NCBI GenBank assembly: GCA_951406725.2
Contig: OX597833.1
Coordinates: 36,642,001 to 36,706,000 of the forward strand
From: Octopus vulgaris
Lineage: Eukaryota
Length of the DNA stretch: 64,000 bases
Reading direction: 5' to 3'
The notes below the pieces were generated by a model that was not told the DNA's origin, did not search any database, and worked only from the letters and a program-made list of their open reading frames with translations. Of the stretch, positions 53,311 to 64,000 are shown piece after piece (position 1 is the first letter of the stretch; each line of letters begins with the position of its first letter). Made by a program: the position numbers and the translations under genes.

Positions 53311-54266
53311 CACACATATACATGTGTATATATATGTGTACTTATATATGTACTTATATATGTGTATATATGTACTTATATATGTGTATATATATGTGTA
53401 CTTTGTGTATGTACATTAATATAACAAATTAACATGACCAGATAATTTTGAATAGTTCAATTTATACTATGATTTCAATAGCATGACAGTTTATTTGCAC
53501 ACAAGGTATTGCATTATTATTTTACAAGCTAAATTGCCTACTTTTTCATCAAGCATATATGAGATATCAGAAGACAAAACTCTGGAATATTCATCAGTAT
53601 TACGACATAGTATACTCCCCGCCATAGACACGCTGGAAGCTGCAGAACCATGATCATTAAGATCCAAGCTTTTTGATATTTTAATATATATATTTTTACC
53701 ACACAAGCATATAATCATATACGCACGCATAAACACACACGTGTATATGTATATTAACGCTTCTTTTATGTAGATTTCGAAATTTCGGCTTAATCGCTTT
53801 CATCGTTCTGTAAAATACTTTCTAAATATGTCTGTCTTTGTATGCATGTATCATGTAATGTATGTATGTATGTATGTTTGTATGTAAATATGTATGTATG
53901 TATGTATATATGTGTGTATGAGTTAAAAACACGCATACTCTACATATATGTGTAAAACATAAGTTAAGCAGTCCTCCAACCGCTTCCAACATTGAGCTGT
54001 ACTTAACATGAAACTTATTTCTAGGTAGGTAGAATGAGCTAACGAGATTTAAAAGTGATAAGAACCAGCAATGTTTCGACTGATCGATGGAAAAGGGGAG
54101 TGGATCTGGTGAGTGAATTAGAAGCAACAATCGCGATAGGACAGTTTGTAAGGGTAAGAAGACAAAAAAGCAGAGGCAAGGTGAAATTGAGTATATGAAG
54201 GAAAATCCTATAGTGAGGGAATGGGGAAAGTGAGTGTTTATAGAAAGGAAGAAAATGAAAAAGAAA

Positions 54267-54675
54267 GCAGGAGTGGCTGTGTGGTAAGTAGCTTGCTAAC
54301 TAACCACATGGTTCCGGGTTCAGTCCCACTGCGTGGCATCTTGGGCAAGTGTGTTCTGCTATAGCCCCGGGCCGACCAATGCCTTGTGAGTGGATTTGGT
54401 AGACGGAAACTGAAAGAAGCCTGTCGTATATATGTATATATATATATATATATGTGTTTGTGTGTCTGTGTTTGTTCCCCTAGCATTGCTTGACAACCGA
54501 TGCTGGTGTGTTTACGTCCCCGTCACTTAGCGGTTCGGCAAAAAATAGACCGATAGAATAAGTACTGGGCTTACAAAGAATAAGTCCCGGGGTCGAGTTG
54601 CTCGATTAAAGGCAGTGCTCCAGCATGGCCGCAGTCAAATGACTGAAACAAGTAAAAGAGAAAAAGAGAAAGAGA
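54267..54675 (+). mobile_element. Full-length major tRNA-derived SINE
   Basis: Near-identical to 21271-21690. Confidence 0.92.
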
Positions 54676-55373
54676 GTTGTGGTAGAAATGGGTGATTTTA
54701 AAGGGTGTTGAGGAAGGAAAAGCGGGTGGACAACAACAATAACAACATCAGCAGCAGCAACAATAATTGCATCTGATTAGGACATAAGGCCAGCACTTTT
54801 GAGGAGGAGGGGTTCACTTGATAATATTGACGCAATGACAACTAACAGAATACGGATTATGATGGAGAAGATTGAAAGTAAACAGAAGAGCAAGAATGAA
54901 AATAGGAAAATAACAATTATACCACTTGAAGCGGGAATATTACAAACAAAAACTGGAAAGAAAGAAAGAAAGAAAGGAAGAAAGGAAGGAAGAAAAAGAA
55001 AGAAAGAAAGAAAGAAAGAAAGAAAAATAAAGAACGAAAGAAAAGGAGAAGAGAAGAAAGAGTGGTAACCACAATTTGACAAGATGTTCGGCATGTAAGT
55101 GACAGGGAAGAAACTAGGTCAAATCCTGGCGTCTCCAGACTTATTACGTTGCAAACTAGTACCAATTTTTGTCACTATTGAAATTTGGTACTGATGTACT
55201 TTTAGTGACACTTGAACATAGGTTGTCAGCTATTACTTAGGAATTTACTAATAACTAAAAAAAAAATAGTGATAAGAACGTATGCATACATACACATGAA
55301 AGCAATTTGTGAATACAAACGATTAAACACACACACACATGTATATCTATCTACCTATCTATCTATCTTTTAT

Positions 55374-55443
<70 letters not shown>

Positions 55444-55664
55444 GACTTCAGTATTCAAATTACCCTGTCATATGCAATGCCTATTCATTCACATTGTTTT
55501 GAAATAATTATGCATTAGCTTGTAGCTTCAAAATAGTGATATTGTAATTGTTTATTTTTAAAATTACATTGTATGGTAGGTGTTAAGAGACCAGATCTGG
55601 TCGGTTTGAACATAAAACAGGTAGACTATTTGAGCTGGATATGGCCAGTTTAAATGCTGAAGTT
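55444..55664. mobile_element. Decayed MITE-like element
   Basis: Short terminal inverted repeats acttcagtatt / aatgctgaagt. Confidence 0.4.
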
Positions 55665-55777
55665 CCCTTTGCAACCATATGGTTTCGAGTGAGCCTTCAC
55701 TATGCGGTTCTTTGGCACAAAGACATTTACATCAATGTAGACAATAAATACGAATATAAATATACCAAATATCATAC

Positions 55778-57929
<2,152 letters not shown>

Positions 57930-58281
57930 ATAATTTGGTTGTCTGAAGAGCAAAGGACGGCTGTGGACTCGTTTTTATTTCAACAGGCGTCATCAGCGCA
58001 AAAGTTGCCTCACTTATCTTCGGAAGTTTGGACATCTTGACATATACAGAAATGAAAACATACTTATGGACGAGGTAATTTGAAAAGGGAAGTAAAAGAA
58101 AGAACTTAAACTGAAGTATTTCAAAAATACAAGAATTTATCTTCTATGGTATTTAGTATATATAAATTTGTGTTTGTTGTCCTAATATATGCAACAGACC
58201 AGTTATTTTCCTAAGCACAGTTATTTCCCACACACATATGCAAGTATACGAAAGCGGAATAAAACGGGAGATTCGGTAAAA

Positions 58282-58645
58282 TCTCTCTATATATAAACGG
58301 CAAAATGTCTGCGTGTGTGTCCTTTATACAAATCTACAATTTTTCAGTTAGAGGGCTCGCACCTTCAATGGTCATTCAAAGCCATCCAAGGGTGGTCGTG
58401 CACATCTTTATATTTCCCCAGTCACCCCGCAATGCCATTAAAAAATCAATAGAAGTGACTTTTTTGTGAATTTTCTATCCAAAACCCAATCAAAGTGCTC
58501 GAAACTTGATACACCAATTGAATGCCAGCTAGCTGTATGTGATTGGTCGGAGATTTGGACAGTACTCGCGTGTATGTGCGCACGCACGCAGCTGTATATG
58601 CATGCACTAGCACTATGACCCGGCGTTGCCGGGTCATAGCGCTAG
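58282..58645 (+). mobile_element. Non-autonomous Helitron
   Basis: A|TC start, 12-bp hairpin ctatgacccggc-gtt-gccgggtcatag (58613-58639), CTAG|T end. Confidence 0.92.
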
Positions 58646-59165
58646 TTATGTTATAAAATCATAAATTTCATAACATTTACACTTGTTTCGCTTGTTTATC
58701 CGTGTATGTTATGAAGTAATCATTATATAGACGATTGCATAATTACTCTAGATCACAAGATTTGCATAAATGTAAAATGAATGTTATTAATAATCGTGGC
58801 ACAACAGAACAGCATGCTCATGGAACTAACGCGCAAGTGGCTGAGGACTCCACAAACACGTGTACCCTTAATGTAGTTCTCAGGGAGATTCAGCGTGGCA
58901 CAGAGTGTGACAAGGCTGGCTCCTTGAAATACAGGTACAAAGGAAACCGCGATACTACGACCGAGAGTCCGCTGCTCTAACCACTGGGGTCATTGCACCT
59001 CCATGTAATTAAGAACAGATTATACATATATATGGGTATTTTGATTGGGCACTATTGTTGCTGCTGGCTTCTGTTGCTTCCGGAGTAAGAGGGGGAGAGA
59101 AAGAGAATTTACTGAGTGATAAGAGAGAAGGTGACTATTCCCTTTAAGGAGAAACACTATATATA

Positions 59166-59198
<33 letters not shown>

Positions 59199-59288
59199 AT
59201 GTATGTATATATATATATATGTATAGTATACATATATATATATATACATATATACATGTCTTCGTCTTTTGTTTTTTTCCGTAAACTC

Positions 59289-59339
<51 letters not shown>

Positions 59340-59342
<3 letters not shown>

Positions 59343-61774
59343 TCGGTCGGCCCCTTTGGGCTTGCGTTGTACTGCTTGTGCGTTGTGTGCGTGAGCGCGC
59401 TTCGTGTGTGTGGGCTTGCTTCGGATGTGCGCATGCGTATGTTTGCATACATACCCACACACTCGCATGCATCCCTACCCACATACATACACGCACACCT
59501 ACTCACACACACACATACACACACACACATACCCGCACACACACACACATACATACATACACACACATACCCACTTCAGACATACACACATACACTCACA
59601 CTCACACGCATACACACACACACATACATACGCACACGTACACATACACACACACACACACCTACATACATACATTACACTTGTATACACACACACTTAC
59701 ATTCATACACACACACCTACACAGCCATACCCTCACTCAGACACACACATCTACCTACACACACACACAAACACACACTGACACACACCCATACATACAT
59801 ACATCTACACACTCACGCCTACACACATACATACACACATACATAAACACACACACATACACATACACACACATACGCACACACGCATATACTTATACAC
59901 ATGCACACACACACACATACATACATACACCCATATACATACACACACACATACCTACATACTCCTATACGCACATACATACACACAGACATACACACAT
60001 ACACACTCACAAAAACATACACACACACATACTTACACACACACTCACCTGCACGCGCACACACATGCATGACAAACACCCATACACTCACACTCACATA
60101 CGCACACACCAACATAAACACGCACACGCACACACACACCTACACTCCCACACACATACACACGCACCTACATACACACACGCACGCATACACACGCATA
60201 CACACACACATTACACACGTACACACACACCTACATACACATGCATACACACACACACACAAACATGCACGGACACACCCAGACATACATACACACACCT
60301 ATATACACACGCCCACACACCTACATACACACACATATACACACGCCCACACAGCTACATACACATACATACACACATACACGGACACACCCATACATAC
60401 TTACATACATACACCTATACACACACGCCTACACACCTACACACACACATGCATACACACACACATGTACGCACATACACACACATATACGCACATACAT
60501 ATATACCCACACACATGCACACACACACACATACGCACATGCATGCACGCATGCACACGCGCACACCTACACGCATACACACACACACACGCACGTACAC
60601 ATACATACATACACACACGCATACATACACCCATACACATACATTCATCCTACACACACATACATACACACTCACACATACATACACACACACGCACTCA
60701 CTCACACACCTGTATGTTCGCGCACACACATGCACATACACACACTTCCCCACACCCACACGTACATACATACACACTCATACACATACACACACACACA
60801 CACGGACATACATCTATGCACACACATACATGCACACATACTCACATACATTCATCGGACACACTGCCACCCAGACATACACACAGACACACTCACACAT
60901 CCACACACACACATACGTACGCGCACACTCGCAGGCGCGCGCACACACGCGCTTGCGCCGGTTCGCGCACGCATGCGCGCCGCATGCACCTCGCCCTTGG
61001 ACCCGACGAGACCTCCCGCCCGTTCCTGGGATGTCGCTTGTCGTTGGGTTTTCCCACGCCCGTCTCCGCGGGACCACTCTTCCATCTTCCCCTCCGCTGG
61101 AGTCCTTTTCCTTAACCCCCCCCCCTTTTTCGTTACACACACGCGCACACATACACACACATTGCTTCTTACACACATTCAATCTACTCGCCATTAATAC
61201 TACCACGACACTGGACACACACACACACACTACTACCCAACACACGCTGGCACGCTACATACGCCCCCACCCCTTCCCCTCCCTCCCTTCCTCCTTCCTC
61301 CCTTTTCTTACTACTGACCTTTGTCTGCTATGCTGCTGCTATGCTGACCACCGTCTCGCCCTACCTCACACGCCTACACACAGACGCACACACTAACACA
61401 TACATATATTTTTTGTTTTTTTATCTCGCCTCACACACACACATACACACACGCACACGCACACACTCACACATACACACACATCTGTTGCGTTACCAAC
61501 CTTGTCTCCACTCTTTTGCCTTTAAAAACCCACTTTGCTCTTGTTATCGTAAACATCCGCCTTTCACCATGTGTAACTCCTAACACCAGTCGTTTTTTTC
61601 TCTATCTCCGTGGCCCGCTCTGGGATCTTTCTTTCCTCTCTCTTCCTTCTTTATGTTTCCGACGAAGAGCTCCGCTCGAAACGTCATACCTCCCTGCTTC
61701 CATTTCCTGAGCGCCTATTAATAATAATACTGTAATTGTTCCATTGTTGTTGTTTTTTGTTTCCCGTTTGGATT

Positions 61775-61780
<6 letters not shown>
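59340..61780 (+). mobile_element. Non-coding Penelope-like element with ~1.5-kb degenerate CA-rich body and 3' hammerhead
   Basis: (TA)n flanks, CA-rich 59440-60930, GC-rich patch 60920-61100, hammerhead at 61655-61689. Confidence 0.55.
61655..61689 (+). ncRNA. Minimal type I hammerhead ribozyme (C4 variant, imperfect stem I)
   Basis: gttt-CCGACGA-a-gagc-tcc-gctc-GAAA-cg-TC-atac. Confidence 0.55.
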
Positions 61781-61826
<46 letters not shown>

Positions 61827-61830
61827 CTCT

Positions 61831-61892
<62 letters not shown>

Positions 61893-61896
<4 letters not shown>

Positions 61897-62050
61897 AGAG
61901 TTTACGAAAAAATAAGACGAAGACAGGTGGTGTACAAAACAAACAGATGTATTAGTATAACGCTGAGGAATAGAAAAAGTCTTTTACGTTTCGAGCCTAC
62001 GCTCTTCTACAGAAGGGGACACAGAAAAAAAAAACAAGGAGAGAAAAAAT
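61893..62050 (-). mobile_element. Family D terminal-repeat fragment with U6 hammerhead (61980-62016)
   Basis: Minus strand: cctt-CTGTAGA-a-gagc-gtag-gctc-GAAA-cg-TA-aaag. Confidence 0.7.
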
Positions 62051-62215
62051 AGGCTCCTTGCCCCAGAAAAGAAAAGATTCGGCTGCTATTTCTTGCACTC
62101 CCTGCTACCGTGTAACAGGTATTTTGGGTGCTTTATCGCAAATAGCTATTACGTGGTAGCAGGGTGTGCTAGAACTATCAGTCAAATGTCAGGAGGTAAG
62201 ATACGTTGAATACAC

Positions 62216-62318
62216 TCACATGTAATAGTCCAATGGATTGAGATCTGAGGAATTTGGAGGCCAGATGTTAGGAGTTATATGATCATAAAAATGTTCACCC
62301 ATCCATTCCTGTGTTACT
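62216..62318 (-). pseudogene. maT/Tc1-like transposase fragment
   Basis: TQEWMGEHFYDHITPNIWPPNSSDLNPLDYYM, same family as 29865-30778. Confidence 0.85.
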
Positions 62319-62516
62319 AGAGGTATGTGTGATATACATACATACATACATTCATACATATACATACATACATACATACATACATGTATGCATGCATGCA
62401 TGCATGCATACATACATACATACATACATACATACATACATACATACATGCATGCATACATACATACATACATACATACATACATACATACATACATACA
62501 TACATACATACATACA

Positions 62517-62548
<32 letters not shown>

Positions 62549-63446
62549 CATACATAATGAATATAGGCATGTATGGATGAACCAGAGATAAAACAGGTAT
62601 GGGACGATCACAAAACAAGTTGTTGCCACAAGCAATGGTGAGAAACATTAGGTAGGCTGATGACCGGGAAAGACAGAGAGGGTAAGTATCTTGTGTGCCT
62701 ACGGCCTTCTAGGTTACGAATTTTGAAGGTGTTGAATTGATGAAAGCCAATGTGTGAGTAATTTAAATAGCTATTGAGAATTCGATGGTTGTGAGAATCT
62801 GACAAGAGAGACAGATGTAGATGTTGTAATTGGATGGATAGATGATTGTGGAATGGATGTTTGCGACTGGTTGAATGATCTTGGATGAATGTTCCGTTGG
62901 TTATGTGGGATAAGGTGGATGACATTTGCTTCCGAATCGAATTTTTGATTGAATGGATGAAGGTTTTAAAACATAGGACTTTTATTTGCCCTTTTAATGA
63001 ACCGCATTCAATTTGAATACACTCTTTCCACCTGCCATATTAATGCAATGTGCGTATGGTAAATCTCTCATCCAGCAGATTGTAAGGATACCATCAAAAT
63101 GCTATCTTCATGTAGTAATGTAGTTGTACGATATCTTGGGCAAACTGGCCAGGTAAAATACTCTCTCTATCTCTCTTTCTCCCCCCTCTCTCTCTCTCTG
63201 CTATAAGCTCATGAGTAATTAAACTCAGCACTGCAAGCAAATTTTACAGTGCTGCTATCAGTGAGTTCAGTTGTTACTTATTGGTATCTGAAATATTTTA
63301 GAATTAAACATATAAACCTTTAATGTAGAATTAAATATATTGACTAGTGGTTAGCCTAATCCCATTCATTGAGTACCAGTGATTTCAAACACAGAGACAA
63401 TTGAAATAATAGACATGGCACGATTTAGACAATATCAAATACAAAG

Positions 63447-63449
63447 CAG

Positions 63450-63516
<67 letters not shown>
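63447..63516. repeat. (GTT)n(GCT)n microsatellite
   Basis: Direct inspection. Confidence 0.95.
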
Positions 63517-63520
<4 letters not shown>

Positions 63521-63849
63521 GCTACTATTTAACCCAAGTAATTCCTAATGCATCAAATTTATAATTAACGGTACCACAGCTATAACCTTCCTGCTTTTTT
63601 CTTCAAAGAAAATGTATCTAAAAAGTACAAAAGTAATATTGCAACGCCCTTCCGTTTTTCATTCCTTCTCTATTTTCTTACTTACGTTATTTGTGGAAGA
63701 TTTGGTTGCTATTTCTAACTCATGGAACAAACAGTCATGCCCTTTTCCTGATTACGTAAACAGGTCAGAATATTTCTCTTCAGCACATCTGACTTTATTT
63801 GACAAATACGTATACTTACAAGCAGTTCATACATTCCGTTCTAATTACT

Positions 63850-64000
63850 GAGCCCAACGCGTCGGCCAAAATAGCAGTGTTTCTTCCGGCTCTTTATGTA
63901 CTGAGCTCCAAACCCGCCGAGGTCAGCTCTGCCTTTCATCCTTTCGGGATTGATAAAATAAGGTACCACTCAAATATTGAGGTCGATGTGATGAACTAAG
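63850..64000 (+). mobile_element. Diverged SINE with conserved central domain
   Basis: gccgaggtcagctctgcctttcatcctttcgggattgataaaataaggtacca resembles a conserved SINE core. Confidence 0.7.

Noticed and set aside
59378-61396. 672-aa His/Thr-rich ORF and overlapping long ORFs
   Set aside because: Degenerate (CA)n tract lacks stop codons in several frames; compositional artefact
62600-63100. Possible second GIY-YIG remnant on the minus strand
   Set aside because: Only a weak ANVIHLI-like match with many stops; needs a profile search

Overview
Repeat-dense, AT-rich animal genomic DNA with no recognisable host exon. The SINE families and the extreme (TA)n/(CA)n/(TAGA)n/(TACA)n load point to an octopus (coleoid cephalopod) genome; this is an inference. 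Almost all listed ORFs are microsatellite artefacts. Real coding remnants are all transposon-derived: CR1/L2-like RT, an R4/Dong-like RLE LINE, Tx1-like ORF1, Penelope RT and GIY-YIG, and mariner and maT-like transposases. There are also tRNA-derived SINEs and non-autonomous Helitrons/Helentrons. The main hidden signal is a set of short non-coding inserts between (TA)n tracts that look like non-autonomous Penelope-like (retrozyme-type) elements carrying hammerhead ribozyme motifs. Three sequence-unrelated families share one non-circularly permuted hammerhead architecture: the cleavage strand comes first, the GAAA strand second and the CUGANGA strand last, with an extra helix and covarying stems. 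Other families carry minimal type-I hammerheads with core variants (U6; U3-A8). All structures were paired by eye and none is shown to cleave.
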